64,000 bases of DNA from Phycisphaerae bacterium (GCA_963666835.2 CAXXGO010000006.1:1760001-1824000); one strand, 5' to 3'; shown: positions 9,762 through 20,635, numbered from the stretch's first letter. Program-made: numbers and translations. Notes: generated from the letters alone by a model not told the origin.

Positions 9762-12700
9762 TCAATCTGCGCTTGTCTTGCCGCTGGGGGTTTCCGCCAA
9801 ACGCTGTCGCCACTCGGCAACCTGTGCCGGGCGGGGCCAGGATTCGTATAGCCGGATGATGCGAAGCAGCGCTCGGCGTTTTCGGCTGGCCGGCACGTGC
9901 CGGTTGCCTTCCAGGGCCGAGTATGCTTCCAACAGCAGAGGCTCGGCCTCTTCGACCCGGCCCGCCTGGGCGACGGCATTGCCGATCCGGCTTCTGATGT
10001 CTGCGATCAGCCAGTGTTCTTCCGCTAGCGTCTTCTGCGCTGTGGCCAGCCCCACGCGCAGAAGTGCCTCCGCTTCGGCAAAACGGCCCTGCTGAATAAG
10101 GTCGTCGCTGCGGCTGATAAACCGTGGCTCGGGTTGGACCCCGGGGATCAGGGTCGCGCCGAGCTGCATGCCCAGGGTGCCCCATGGTGCTTCTGCCACC
10201 GCGGCGAGATCGCCCGCCTCCACCAGGAAACGCGCGAGCTCATCCTCCAGCGCCGCCCGGCCGGAGGGCCCTCCGGCTTGCGACCGAGCAATTGCCAGGC
10301 GCTGCGTTGCGATTGCCTGCTCGAGGTCGTTGCTCAGGTAGTATGCGGTTGCCAGAGTCTCGAGGGTGTTAGCGTCGTTTCCGCCGTCCAAGTCGACGGC
10401 GCGCCGGGCTACGGGTAGCGCCGCCTCCGGATCCCGCAGGTCCGCCAGTTCGCAATTCAACAGCTCCCAAGCGTAGGCATGTGCTGCCAGGGCGCCGGCA
10501 CCCGGTTGTTCGGCGGCGCGGCGCAGGTGGGCGAGACGCTCGGTGATTAACGGTCGAGTCTCGTCGGTCTTCCCCTGCAGGCGCAGTACGCGGAGCAGAT
10601 CAGTCATGTGAGTCATCGTATCCGGATGGTCGGAGCCGAGGATTCGTTGCTCCGATTCGTAGGTCCGCCGGTAGAGAGTCTCAGCCGGCTCGTATTCGCG
10701 GCGGTCTTCGAGCAGCAGTCCGAGGTTGTTCATGGTGGCCGTCGTGCAGGGGTGTTCGTTGCCGAGAAGGCGTTGGCAGGTCTGCAGCGTCTCGCGCAAG
10801 AGGATCTCCGCTTCCGCGACCTTACCCAGTTCACGACACACCGCCCCCAGATGTCCTGCGGATTCCAAGGTGTCGATATGTTCCTCTCCGAGCATCCGGC
10901 GCTGGATTTCCCAAGTGCGGCGGTGGATGGCTTCGGCTTCCGAGAACCTCTCCGGCCCCCACAACGCCAGCGCCAGCTCGTTCATTGTCGCCAGGGTGTC
11001 ACTATGCGTTTCCCCGAGCACCCGGAGCTGCGTCTCCGCAGTTTGCCGGAGCAGCGCCTCGGCCTCCGCGAAAGCGCCCTGCACTCGCAACAACCCGGCC
11101 AAAGCGCGATTGGATCGCAGGGTGTCCGGATGCTCATCGCCGAGCAGTTTGCGCCGAAGGGCTTGTGCGGCCCGCAAGTGTCCTTCCGCGGCTTCGTAGA
11201 TCCCCAGGGCTTTGTAGGTCTCGCCAAGTGTCACACGAATAGCAGCTTCCACTACCGGCTGCTCGGCGAGTTCGCCTTCGTCGATCTTCCGGGCAGATTC
11301 ATCCAGAACATAACGCACGGAAACCTCGCGCCCCAGGGCTTTTCTGGGGTCGACCGATCGGAGCATCTCTTGCAGGAACCGACTTACCGTTGCGGACGTG
11401 GCGGCCTCGGTCCGGGCGGCCCGCGCGTGGGCTTCCGCCAGCTCGCGCTGCGCCTTTTCGGCGGTGCGGGCTTGGGTGGCTTGAATGAACCCCAAGGTCG
11501 CCAGTGCCAGTCCGACCAGCAACGCCGCGGCGGCGGTGGAGCCGGCGAACACGGCCAGGCGATGGCGCCGGACGAACTTGCGCAACCTATGGCCGGCCCG
11601 CGGAGGTCCGGCGACGATCGGTTCATCACCCAGGTGTCGCTCTACATCATCCGCCAAGTCCTTGGCAGTAGCGTAACGCCGGGTACGGTCCTTTTCGATC
11701 GCCGTCATGACGATCCAGTCCAGATCGCCGCGAATCAGCCGAGATAGCGCCGCCGGTTCCACGTTGCGATTCCGGGCAATTTCAGCTCCATCTCCGGCGG
11801 TGGTCAGCGTTGCGAGTTTGCTTGATGGTGTCGGTGGTTCCATCTCTCGGATGATCCGCCGAATCTCGTCGAAGGAAGCCTCCCGGAAGGTCTTCCGTTC
11901 AAACGGGGTCCGGCCTGTCAATAACTCATAGAGCAGCACGCCCAGCGAGTAGACATCCGTTCGCGTGTCCACATCCAGCCCGCCGATATCGGCCTGGTCC
12001 GGGCTCATGTATTCAGGTGTGCCCAGGAACTCCCGGAACCCCGTGAACAGCGTCTTCTCCGTCAGCCGCTGGCTGGTTGCCTTGGCGATTCCGAAGTCGA
12101 TCACCTTGGGGATAGGTTTGTTGTCGTGCAACGCCACCAACACGTTGCTCGGCTTCAGGTCGCGGTGGATGATACCTTTCTGATGGGCATGCTGGACCGC
12201 ATGGCATACCGGGATGAACAGCTCCAAACGCTCCCGTGGCGTGAGCTTGTTTCTGTCGCAGTACTCGGTGATTGTCACCCCGTGGACCAGCTCCATGACG
12301 AAATATGGCCGGCCGGTCTCGGTAGCTCCCGCGTCGAAGACCCGAGCGATGTTGGGGTGGTCCATCAGGGCCAACGCCTGCCGCTCCGCCTCAAACCGCG
12401 CGATTACCTGCCGGGTATCCATTCCGTGTTTGATGATCTTCAGCGCGACCTTGCGGGAGACGGGTTCCTCTTGCTGAGCCATATAGACCGTGCCGAACCC
12501 GCCTTCGCCGATCTCCTGGAGGATCTTGTATCGGCCGATTCGCGTTCCGGTCACCTCGCCGATCGTGGGGACTTCGAGCGTGGCGTCAGGATCCAACGGA
12601 GGCGTGTCGAGGAAGGAGCCCACCTTACTGTGGGCGGTCAGCAGTTCGCCAACCTGCCTGCGCAGGTCGGCGTCCGTACCGCAGGCTTGGTCGAGGTACT

Positions 12701-12779
12701 CGTTGCGCTCCTCCAACGAGTCGATCTCCAGAGCCGCGTTGAAGAGCTGCTCCAGTCTCTGATGATTCGGCCTAGCCAC
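9762..12779 (-). CDS. Ser/Thr protein kinase with TM helix and TPR repeats
   Basis: IGEGGFGTVY, VALK, HRDLKPSN, DFG, GTPEYMSP; LGxEHPDT repeats; GTG start at 12779 inferred. Confidence 0.93.
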   Translation of the reverse strand: MARPNHQRLEQLFNAALEIDSLEERNEYLDQACGTDADLRRQVGELLTAHSKVGSFLDTPPLDPDATLEVPTIGEVTGTRIGRYKILQEIGEGGFGTVYMAQQEEPVSRKVALKIIKHGMDTRQVIARFEAERQALALMDHPNIARVFDAGATETGRPYFVMELVHGVTITEYCDRNKLTPRERLELFIPVCHAVQHAHQKGIIHRDLKPSNVLVALHDNKPIPKVIDFGIAKATSQRLTEKTLFTGFREFLGTPEYMSPDQADIGGLDVDTRTDVYSLGVLLYELLTGRTPFERKTFREASFDEIRRIIREMEPPTPSSKLATLTTAGDGAEIARNRNVEPAALSRLIRGDLDWIVMTAIEKDRTRRYATAKDLADDVERHLGDEPIVAGPPRAGHRLRKFVRRHRLAVFAGSTAAAALLVGLALATLGFIQATQARTAEKAQRELAEAHARAARTEAATSATVSRFLQEMLRSVDPRKALGREVSVRYVLDESARKIDEGELAEQPVVEAAIRVTLGETYKALGIYEAAEGHLRAAQALRRKLLGDEHPDTLRSNRALAGLLRVQGAFAEAEALLRQTAETQLRVLGETHSDTLATMNELALALWGPERFSEAEAIHRRTWEIQRRMLGEEHIDTLESAGHLGAVCRELGKVAEAEILLRETLQTCQRLLGNEHPCTTATMNNLGLLLEDRREYEPAETLYRRTYESEQRILGSDHPDTMTHMTDLLRVLRLQGKTDETRPLITERLAHLRRAAEQPGAGALAAHAYAWELLNCELADLRDPEAALPVARRAVDLDGGNDANTLETLATAYYLSNDLEQAIATQRLAIARSQAGGPSGRAALEDELARFLVEAGDLAAVAEAPWGTLGMQLGATLIPGVQPEPRFISRSDDLIQQGRFAEAEALLRVGLATAQKTLAEEHWLIADIRSRIGNAVAQAGRVEEAEPLLLEAYSALEGNRHVPASRKRRALLRIIRLYESWPRPAQVAEWRQRLAETPSGKTSAD

Positions 12780-12850
12780 CGTACCGTCCCCGAGGATTCT
12801 ACCGTAATCCCGCGCTTTCCTGAGCCGCGGTCTGCCCGGCGCGCGGGATT

Positions 12851-13423
12851 CTATCGCGAATCCTCGTCTTCGCCCATTTCTTTTAACAGCCACGCCCGGG
12901 CGAATGCCCAGTAGCGGTCGGCCGTGGCCCGCGACACGCCGAGCAGCTTGCCCGCCTGTTCGACGGTCAAACCGGCGAAGTAGCGGAGCTTGACCAGATC
13001 AGCTTTGACCTGGTCCGCGCGGGACAGTTTCTCCAAAGCTTCGTCCAGGGCGATCAGATCGGTCGGGTCGGACATGACAATGGCGTCGGCCTCGTCGACC
13101 TCACGTTTGCGCAGGCCCCCACCGTGTTTCAGCCGGGCCTTGCGCCGCGCGGATTCCACCAGGATCCGCCGCATGGCCTCGGCCGCGGCGGCGAAGAAAT
13201 GGACACTGTTCTCCCAGTGCTCCGCCTCGACGCCGAGCAGACGCAGGTAGGCCTCGTGGACCAGGGCGGTGGCTTGCAGCGTTTGCCCCGGGCGCTCGCG
13301 GGCCAGCTTGCTTGCGGCCAGTTGGCGCAGCTCGCGGTAGACGGCCGAGAGCAGCCTGTCGGCCGCGCGCTCGTCGCCCTTCTCTGCTTCCCGGATTAAG
13401 CGGGTGACGTCTTCCACCTGCAA
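12851..13423 (-). CDS. ECF sigma factor, planctomycete kinase-associated type
   Basis: VYRELRQLA, TLQATALVHEAYLRL, LRYFAGLT, WAFARAWL. Confidence 0.92.
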   Translation of the reverse strand: MQVEDVTRLIREAEKGDERAADRLLSAVYRELRQLAASKLARERPGQTLQATALVHEAYLRLLGVEAEHWENSVHFFAAAAEAMRRILVESARRKARLKHGGGLRKREVDEADAIVMSDPTDLIALDEALEKLSRADQVKADLVKLRYFAGLTVEQAGKLLGVSRATADRYWAFARAWLLKEMGEDEDSR

Positions 13424-13551
13424 TCTCGCCGTCCACGGTATCTTAAGACTCTATCGACATCATACGCGATCCGCCGTTGAAATCGAAAGCACGTTGTGTC
13501 GGAGCCAGGGGGGCGGTGAACGACCAGGTGGCCCATGGCTTTAGCCGTGGG

Positions 13552-13998
13552 GGATGCCCATACGCAACTTCGCCTATGTCGCACGAGGCCGGCGTTAAGC
13601 CCCTTGGGGCGACAGCTCCTCCAGCCCCACGGCGTAAGCCTGGGGGATCGTCCAGACATTCCGAATCCAGCCCCTTGTGGGCGGCACACCCTCTACGCGA
13701 CATGCGCCTTCGTGGCAGGTCTCGTGCCTCGACCATGCCCTACGAAGTCTTCATGCATCGCGCGCCTATACGGCAGGACGCCCATACGCAACTTCGCCTA
13801 TGTCGCACGAGGCCGGCGTTAAGCCCCTTGGGGCGACAGCTCCTCCAGCCCCACGGCGTAAGCCCGGGGGATCGTCCAGACATTCCGAATCCAGCCCCTT
13901 GTGGGCGGCACACCCTCTACGCGACATGCGCCTTCGTGGCAGGTCTCGTGCCTCGACCATGCCCTACGGAGTCTTCATGCATCGCGCGCCTATACGGC
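13552..13998. repeat. Tandem direct repeat, 2 copies, 224 bp period, each containing REP hairpins
   Basis: 13552-13774 and 13776-13998 are near-identical. Confidence 0.95.
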
Positions 13999-14067
13999 CG
14001 GTCTCGTGCCCAGACCGTGCCCTCACAACTGGTGCTGTTGGCGTATCCGTGGTAGGAAGGGCCGAAC

Positions 14068-14622
14068 ATGAATAAGCGAATCGTAGACGAAAGCATCGAC
14101 GCCCCGAATAGTGTGCTACGCACGTACACGGCGGCGGCGTTGTCTGTTGCTCTGCTGGCTCGCTGGTTTGAACAGGACTCGGGGTGTTGGTTTGCTCTGG
14201 CCTTGTTCGCGGCCGCGCCGATCGGTGGGGTAGTCTACCTGCATTACCGTGTAGGGCGCGAGCATACGCACTTGCGGTGGCGGTGGAGGATTTCACTGTC
14301 CGGTCTGAATGTCGTGTGCTGTGTCATACTCTTTAGCGGCCAAGGTGCCGCCCCACGCCTCGACTTGAGTGATTTGGTTGCCATCCTTATTTTGAGCCTG
14401 GCCGGTGGAGGGGCGACGCACCTGATCGGGCTAGTCGTGGGTTTGGTTGCGGACTTGTTTATGGATCGCGTACGGCGATTCAGGGAGCCACACGAATGCG
14501 GGACATGCGCGTACGATCTTACGGGGAATACGTCCGGGACCTGTCCGGAGTGTGGGAGTTCCGTCCCGCGGTATCTGCGGGCTTGGCTGGAAGAGACAAA
14601 CGATCGAAGTGCGTCCGAGTGA
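14068..14622 (+). CDS. Membrane protein with C-terminal Zn ribbon
   Basis: About 4 hydrophobic segments, then CGTCAYDLTGNTSGTCPECG. Confidence 0.75.
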   Translation: MNKRIVDESIDAPNSVLRTYTAAALSVALLARWFEQDSGCWFALALFAAAPIGGVVYLHYRVGREHTHLRWRWRISLSGLNVVCCVILFSGQGAAPRLDLSDLVAILILSLAGGGATHLIGLVVGLVADLFMDRVRRFREPHECGTCAYDLTGNTSGTCPECGSSVPRYLRAWLEETNDRSASE

Positions 14623-14909
14623 GACTGCCTGAGGTGATGATTGTTGACGGGCGGATTGCGACAGAGAGCGGTGCTGCCGGCACTGAGGGCACAGACTCTT
14701 ACGCGACGCGGGCTTTCGTAGCAGGTCTCGTACCTCGACGGTGCTCTACGAGGTCTTCACGCATCGCGGGCCTTCGTCGCAGGTCTCGTGCCTCGACCGT
14801 GCCCTATGCAATCCGTCCCCCACCCATGCCGGCGGCGGGGCGATACGGCGATTCCAGCGCGCCAAACGCCGGCATGAATGGGGCACCCGGCCGGGACATA
14901 TCCTTGTCA

Positions 14910-15404
14910 TTACTCCGGGCATGCTCCGATTACTAACGGCTCGGTCAATTGGAGAATGTCGTATTCCGGATAGTCATAATCCGTTAGCATCTCCGCGGTT
15001 ACGGTTATCTCGAACGTCTGCTCGCAGCCGTCGTGCGTAACCACCAAGTGGACTTCATCCGGCACAGGGTACTCGGGAACCACAACCTCCGAAGAGAATG
15101 GATTGGGGCATCTGCCGAGCTCATCGGCTCCAAGGTGGACCTGAAAGGTCCCGTCCCGCCAAGTGAAGTTTTCGTCGCTTAGCTGGTGAGTCCCCCCTGC
15201 CCCCGTCTGCTCGCCGGCAGTCCAGGTGTAGGCGCTGACCTCGAAACTCCCCAATGTGATCGTGGCATCCGCCTCGACTCTGCCACGAACCAACATTTGC
15301 GCCGAGATGAGCGGGCACGAGCAACAAGCTGAACCGGACACCAGCCCGATAGCACCTATAACCACGACCATTACCGCGGCTTCTATTCGATTCGTTGTCC
15401 TCAT
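14910..15404 (-). CDS. Putative lipoprotein, paralog B
   Basis: Hydrophobic signal followed by Cys; C-terminal half nearly identical to the 15596-16099 gene. Confidence 0.8.
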   Translation of the reverse strand: MRTTNRIEAAVMVVVIGAIGLVSGSACCSCPLISAQMLVRGRVEADATITLGSFEVSAYTWTAGEQTGAGGTHQLSDENFTWRDGTFQVHLGADELGRCPNPFSSEVVVPEYPVPDEVHLVVTHDGCEQTFEITVTAEMLTDYDYPEYDILQLTEPLVIGACPE

Positions 15405-15595
15405 TGCCAGATCCTCAGAATGCATGCTTAATCCTCTGCGTGACGCGCGCTTTCGCGGCAGGTCTCGTACCTCGACCGTGCCCTACGCAACTTAAGGACC
15501 GCAATCCATCCCCAACCCATGCCGGCGGCGGGGCGATGCGGCTATTCCAGCGCGCCAAACGCCGGTATGGGGCACCCGATCGGGACATATCCTTG

Positions 15596-16099
15596 TCATC
15601 CCTCCGGGCACGCGCCGATCACCAAGGGCTCCGTCAGTTGGAGAACGTCGTCTTCCGGATAGTCGTAGTCCGTGAGCATGTCGGCCGTTACCGGTATCTC
15701 GAACGTATGCTCGCAACCGCCGTGAATAACGACCAAGTGGAGTTCATCCGGAACCGGATACTCGGGAACCTCAACGTTCTCGGAGAATGGGTCGTCACAG
15801 ATGGCCACGCGGTCAGATGACGCAAGAAACACCTGAAAGGTCCCGTCTGCCCAAGTGAAGTCGTCGTCACTATACGATGGTCGTGTCGCTCCGTCCCCCG
15901 TGTAGTTACCATCAGTCCATGTCATGGCACTAACGTCGAAGTCACCGAGCGTAATGGCGCCGTCTACTTGTAGGGCACCGCGAACAAGCATGCCGGCGAA
16001 CGTAAGCGGACAGGGGAAACACGCCGCCCCTGACCCCAAGCCGATGATACCCACGGCCAAGAGCATGGCCGCTACCTCAATGCTCCTTCTCTTCTTCAT
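15596..16099 (-). CDS. Putative lipoprotein, paralog A
   Basis: MKKRR plus hydrophobic signal plus Cys; shared VPEYPVPDE...MLTDYDYPE...LQLTEPLVIGACPE. Confidence 0.8.
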   Translation of the reverse strand: MKKRRSIEVAAMLLAVGIIGLGSGAACFPCPLTFAGMLVRGALQVDGAITLGDFDVSAMTWTDGNYTGDGATRPSYSDDDFTWADGTFQVFLASSDRVAICDDPFSENVEVPEYPVPDELHLVVIHGGCEHTFEIPVTADMLTDYDYPEDDVLQLTEPLVIGACPEG

Positions 16100-16155
16100 C
16101 TTCCGTACCTCATCAAGCATCCTGCTGCTTTCAGCCCAGCAGGGTATAATCCCAG

Positions 16156-17346
16156 TTACTGCCCACGCTCCAGCAAGCTCACCGGTGGGCAGACGCCGGG
16201 ATTAGCGCTCCGAAATTCATCCGCGAACCAGTTGCCGATACGATACGTCTCGCGAGTCTGATCCAACGCTCCACACGAGTGGGCCATTTCGTGGAACATG
16301 GTGTCTGCACATTCGCATTGGTTAGTCCCAGGTTCGCAGAACCACATGGGCGAACCGCCAAGGCTACATCCTCCGGCTGGACCGAGTGGCTCACAGGGGC
16401 CGCAGCTACTCACCGTCGCGCAACTGATCCGTGTCCGGCGGAAGTGTGAGCCGCCGCAGCCGAGGCGGCCTTTCATGCACTTCTTGAACGCCAGGGTGAC
16501 GTCCGGGATCTTGTCGATCTTCTCGTATACGCTGGACAGGTTATCGATGCACGGGGGTGTGCTGCCCTCGCAGCTTTGACCCGGGCCGTCGTTGACCAAG
16601 GGACCGTCACACTGGTATGCATGCGGAGGTGTATAGGGAATCATCATGTCCAAGATGGACGTGACCACCTGCCCGATGATATTGCCGATCAGAATGAATG
16701 TGTTGCCCAGGCTCAGACCCCGAGGGTCATTCTGACGGTCCAGCAACTGACAGTGGAGCATCGCCTCGACGGCGTCGTGAAAGCCCGACTCCGACGTAGG
16801 ATCCTCCCAGACGCCCTCCGCAGGCGAATACAACCAGCCCCCGGACACCGGAGGGTCACCGGCCGTGGTCGTCAAAGTGCCGTAGACTGCCAGCCCGCTC
16901 GGAGTGACCGAGACCGTAAGCTCCAGCGTGCGGGTTACCGAGCCCTCGGTAAGCTGCACGACCGCGTCGACCGACGAGCCCCAACTCTCGAACACCGCGG
17001 TAACCGTGCCCGTCGCCACGAGCAACCCGCCCTCCGACACCAGCACCGGCGCCGTGCCGGTCAGGTCCGCATGAATCGTCGCCTCGCCAACTTCGAGACT
17101 ACCGCTGGTTAAGGCGAAATCCACGTCGGCCCACGCGAAGTAATCGGCGAGGTGCTCGATCCGATCGTATTGCCCCGGGGGACCGGGGTCCGCAACTGCC
17201 GGCCCGCAGTGCAGGTTTCCCATCTCATCCCGGTAGCACCCGTCGATGCTCCGATCGCTTCCCAGGTAGATCGGAGCCGCCTGTGCCCACGCGGTGCTAG
17301 GCATGGCGAGAACCACGCCAAGCCCGGCGACCAGCGCCGTTTTCAC
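16156..17346 (-). CDS. Secreted protein with Cys-rich C-terminal HExxH metallopeptidase-like domain
   Basis: Signal peptide ending AWA; DTMFHEMAHSCG near C-terminus; GTG start inferred. Confidence 0.65.
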   Translation of the reverse strand: MKTALVAGLGVVLAMPSTAWAQAAPIYLGSDRSIDGCYRDEMGNLHCGPAVADPGPPGQYDRIEHLADYFAWADVDFALTSGSLEVGEATIHADLTGTAPVLVSEGGLLVATGTVTAVFESWGSSVDAVVQLTEGSVTRTLELTVSVTPSGLAVYGTLTTTAGDPPVSGGWLYSPAEGVWEDPTSESGFHDAVEAMLHCQLLDRQNDPRGLSLGNTFILIGNIIGQVVTSILDMMIPYTPPHAYQCDGPLVNDGPGQSCEGSTPPCIDNLSSVYEKIDKIPDVTLAFKKCMKGRLGCGGSHFRRTRISCATVSSCGPCEPLGPAGGCSLGGSPMWFCEPGTNQCECADTMFHEMAHSCGALDQTRETYRIGNWFADEFRSANPGVCPPVSLLERGQ

Positions 17347-17926
17347 AAGGGCGGCAGTGCGTCCCCCCCCCCCCCCCTGATTAAAGGACGAAGACCCGTT
17401 TGCCCGCCCCGGCGCATCGCATCGCCAGCCGTAGTGCGACGCACATTCATGACCTGTACTCCCTTCTGTTGGGCCGCTGTTCGAGTGAACCAAGCGATGG
17501 GATCGGCGGGCCCGCCCGCGGCCTCCAAGTTCGCGCCCGCTGTGTACCTGAAAAACATACCCGTGCCCACGGGGGATGTCAAGTGCGAGTTTTGCGTCGC
17601 CGTGTAGGCATCAGGGCAAGCGCGATTATCACGGTTGCGGTCCAGACGGATCAGTAGGGCAGTGTCGAGGTACGAGACCTGCCGTGACCTTTGCGCGGCG
17701 CGGGCCTTTGTGGCAGGTCTCGTGCCTCGACCGTGCCCTACTTGGACCGCGGCGGTTGGGTTGCAGCGATCGCCTCGCGTTTGCCCGTCTGTCAAGCCGG
17801 GCGTAGAGTTGCGGTGATCCGGGGAGGATCGATCCGAATGGGCGCGGTGCCGTAGACCACGCGGGCCGGACAGACGTTAACGGCACGGACGCGTAGTCCT
17901 ATGTGGGGAATGCAGAAGGAGGTCAC

Positions 17927-19315
17927 GTGAAATCGAGTAAGGTCTCTGGGCGAGTGTTTCTGGGATTGGTGATTCTCGGAATGGTCGGCGGGTGTCTGCG
18001 GCCCGCGACGGACCTTGACCTGCTGGACCGCGGTATTGTCGGCGAGGTCATGATGCACAGCGAGCTGGCCGGCAATCTCCGGGCTTTGTGTGTGCCGGGA
18101 GGGCGGCTTAGTGGGTCGCCGAACGGGCACCAGGCGGAGGAGTACATGGCCGGGAAGCTCCGTGAGTACGGCCTGCGTAACGTACACCTCGAGCCGTTTG
18201 AGATGACTAGCTGGCAGGACCGCTCGACTACGGTCACCGTCCTGGGCGATCCGCCGGTGGTGCTCGAGGGGGCGTTGTCGTTGGGCAACTGTCTGAGCAC
18301 TCCGCCGGGTGGCGTCACGGCCGGACTGGTTGATGTCGGAAAGGGCACGGAAGAGGAGTTCGAGCGAGTTGCCGAGGAGTTGCCCGGCAAGTTTGCTTTG
18401 GCGCGTGAGGGCGGTTCGCATCGAAGCCGCAAGATGAGTTTCGCCCTGGCCGGTGGAGCTGCGGGGCTCGTGCATGTGTCACGATTGGAGGATCGGGCGC
18501 GGGTGGGTCAGTGCCATCCTGAACCCCGACCGGAACCCGGGGTGGTGGTTACCGGAGCCGATGGGGCGGCATTGGCGAAACGCCTGGAGGCGGGCGAGGA
18601 CGTTACCATCAACGTCGAGATCGAAGCCCAAGTCTGGGATGCTACGCCGAACAACGTTGTGGCCGAGATTCCCGGAGTCGGATCATTGGCGGACGAGTTG
18701 GTCATCATCGGCGGGCATCTGGATAGCTGGCACTTGGCCGAGGGGGCGATTGACAACGGGAACGGGAGCGTTGCGGTTTTGGAAGCCGCCCGAGCCCTGG
18801 CCGCGGCCGACTGGCAGCCGCGGCGTACGGTTCGCTTTGTGTGGTTCATGGGGGAAGAGCACGGCCTGCACGGCAGCAGGGCGTACGTGAAGGCTCATTG
18901 CGATGAAATGGACCGCGTGGTGGCGATGATCAATGTCGACATGCCCGGCGCTCCGCGGAGTCTGTATACGTTCGGCCATCCGGAGCTCGATCCGTTCTTG
19001 AAGTCCGTGCAGGCGGACTTAGCCGGGTTCGAGATATCTCCCGAAATAGGCAACGCTTCCTGGACTGCCAGCGATCACGCGGCGTTCATGAAGCAGGGGG
19101 TCTGCGCCTTGTCACTATCCGGCGAGCTCGGTCCGGGAGTGAAGTTCTATCATTCCAACGGTGATATGTACGACGTGGTCGACCGCCGGGGCACTACCCA
19201 AGCGGCCGCGGTGCTGGCGATTCTCGTTCGCCGTCTGGCGGATGAAGTTCCTCGACCCAGTGAACGGTTCGACCCGGTCAAGCTCGCCGAGGAAATGGGT
19301 TGGGCGGACGAGTAG
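17927..19315 (+). CDS. M28-family peptidase (carboxypeptidase Q-like) with PA domain
   Basis: GGHLDSW, GAIDNGNG, GEEHGL, SDHAAF, FYHSNGD; AAGGAGG RBS. Confidence 0.9.
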   Translation: MKSSKVSGRVFLGLVILGMVGGCLRPATDLDLLDRGIVGEVMMHSELAGNLRALCVPGGRLSGSPNGHQAEEYMAGKLREYGLRNVHLEPFEMTSWQDRSTTVTVLGDPPVVLEGALSLGNCLSTPPGGVTAGLVDVGKGTEEEFERVAEELPGKFALAREGGSHRSRKMSFALAGGAAGLVHVSRLEDRARVGQCHPEPRPEPGVVVTGADGAALAKRLEAGEDVTINVEIEAQVWDATPNNVVAEIPGVGSLADELVIIGGHLDSWHLAEGAIDNGNGSVAVLEAARALAAADWQPRRTVRFVWFMGEEHGLHGSRAYVKAHCDEMDRVVAMINVDMPGAPRSLYTFGHPELDPFLKSVQADLAGFEISPEIGNASWTASDHAAFMKQGVCALSLSGELGPGVKFYHSNGDMYDVVDRRGTTQAAAVLAILVRRLADEVPRPSERFDPVKLAEEMGWADE

Positions 19316-19522
19316 ACCGCGCGGACAGGCTTGAGACGCGAACTCCAACGCCATGCGTGTCTTTCGAGGATCCGGTTCGCTCCGGCGCCCTCGTTTCCTG
19401 CCTGGTTCTGCTTCCTGGCGAGTAAACTTCGTGAAGACTATAATACGGCCTAACGGCTCTTCCGGTGTTCTGTCTGAAAGGCAACGAGAGGGGCTTGCAC
19501 TGGAATACGGAGTTGCCGGACC

Positions 19523-20635
19523 ATGAAAAATCAACCGCCGCTACCGTCGCATTACGCGAAGCTGACCGATGCCGAGTTAACGGCAGCTATCGGGGAACGC
19601 AAGAAGGCCTTGGGAAGGCGGCTTGTCATTCTGGGCCATCACTATCAGCGGGACGAGGTGATTCAGTTTGCGGATTTCGTCGGCGACAGCCTGAAGCTCG
19701 CCCAGGTCGGTGGCGCTCAGGCGGATGCCGAGTTCATCGTATTCTGCGGCGTACACTTCATGGCGGAATCCGCCGATATTCTCACCCCGCCTTCCGTAAG
19801 CGTCATTCTGCCGGATCTGGGCGCCGGATGCAGTATGGCAGATATGGCCGAACGAGACCAACTCGAAGATGCGTGGCGTTTTTTCGCAGGAGAATGCGAG
19901 GAGAATCTCATCCCCGTCACTTACGTCAACTCGTTGGCATCTATCAAAGCGTTCTGCGGGGCTAACGGCGGTGCGTGTTGCACGAGCGGCAACGCCCGGG
20001 CGGTTCTGGAGTGGGCGTTTCGGCAGGGCGGCAAGGTTCTGTTCCTTCCGGATCAACACCTCGGCCGCAACACCGCCTATGCCATGGGGATTACGCTTGA
20101 CGAGATGGCGCTGTTCGATCCCGCACTTCCCAACGGCGGGCTTACCGCCGAGCGGGTGCGGGCTGTGAAGGTCCTGCTATGGAAGGGCTATTGCGATGTG
20201 CACGGCCTGTTTACCGTTCAACAGTGTGAAGACATTCGCCGCAACGAGCCGGATCGCAAGATCATCGTGCATCCCGAGTGCGCGTGGGAGGTAGTGCAAC
20301 AGGTGGATCTCGCCGGCAGTACCGAGTTCATCATCAAGACCGTCAAGGAGGCTCCGTCCGGGAGCAAGTGGGCGATCGGCACAGAGACTAATCTCGTGGA
20401 GCGGCTCCGCAAGACATTCCCGGATCAATCCGTCATGTCGCTGGCGGGCATCCAGTGCCTTTGCACGACCATGGGACTGATCGACCTGCGGCACTTGCTC
20501 TGGGTGCTCGACGAACTCGCGGGCGGCAACGTCGTCAATCGGATTACTGTGAAAGAGGATACACGGCAGTCGGCGCTCGTTGCCCTGGACCGCATGCTGG
20601 CCAATGTTCCTGCCGCCCCCGCCGCGATCAAGTAG
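19523..20635 (+). CDS. nadA: Quinolinate synthase
   Basis: ILGHHYQ, FCGVHFMAES, AGCSMAD, YVNS, LPDQHLG, HPEC. Confidence 0.97.
   Translation: MKNQPPLPSHYAKLTDAELTAAIGERKKALGRRLVILGHHYQRDEVIQFADFVGDSLKLAQVGGAQADAEFIVFCGVHFMAESADILTPPSVSVILPDLGAGCSMADMAERDQLEDAWRFFAGECEENLIPVTYVNSLASIKAFCGANGGACCTSGNARAVLEWAFRQGGKVLFLPDQHLGRNTAYAMGITLDEMALFDPALPNGGLTAERVRAVKVLLWKGYCDVHGLFTVQQCEDIRRNEPDRKIIVHPECAWEVVQQVDLAGSTEFIIKTVKEAPSGSKWAIGTETNLVERLRKTFPDQSVMSLAGIQCLCTTMGLIDLRHLLWVLDELAGGNVVNRITVKEDTRQSALVALDRMLANVPAAPAAIK

Noticed and set aside
13552..13998. Second CRISPR array
   Set aside because: Two long near-identical units with no unique spacers.
13396..14075. ORFs with repeated peptides (AGLVPRPCPT), also at 17.3-17.9 kb and 21.9-22.6 kb
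   Set aside because: They are translations of REP repeats.
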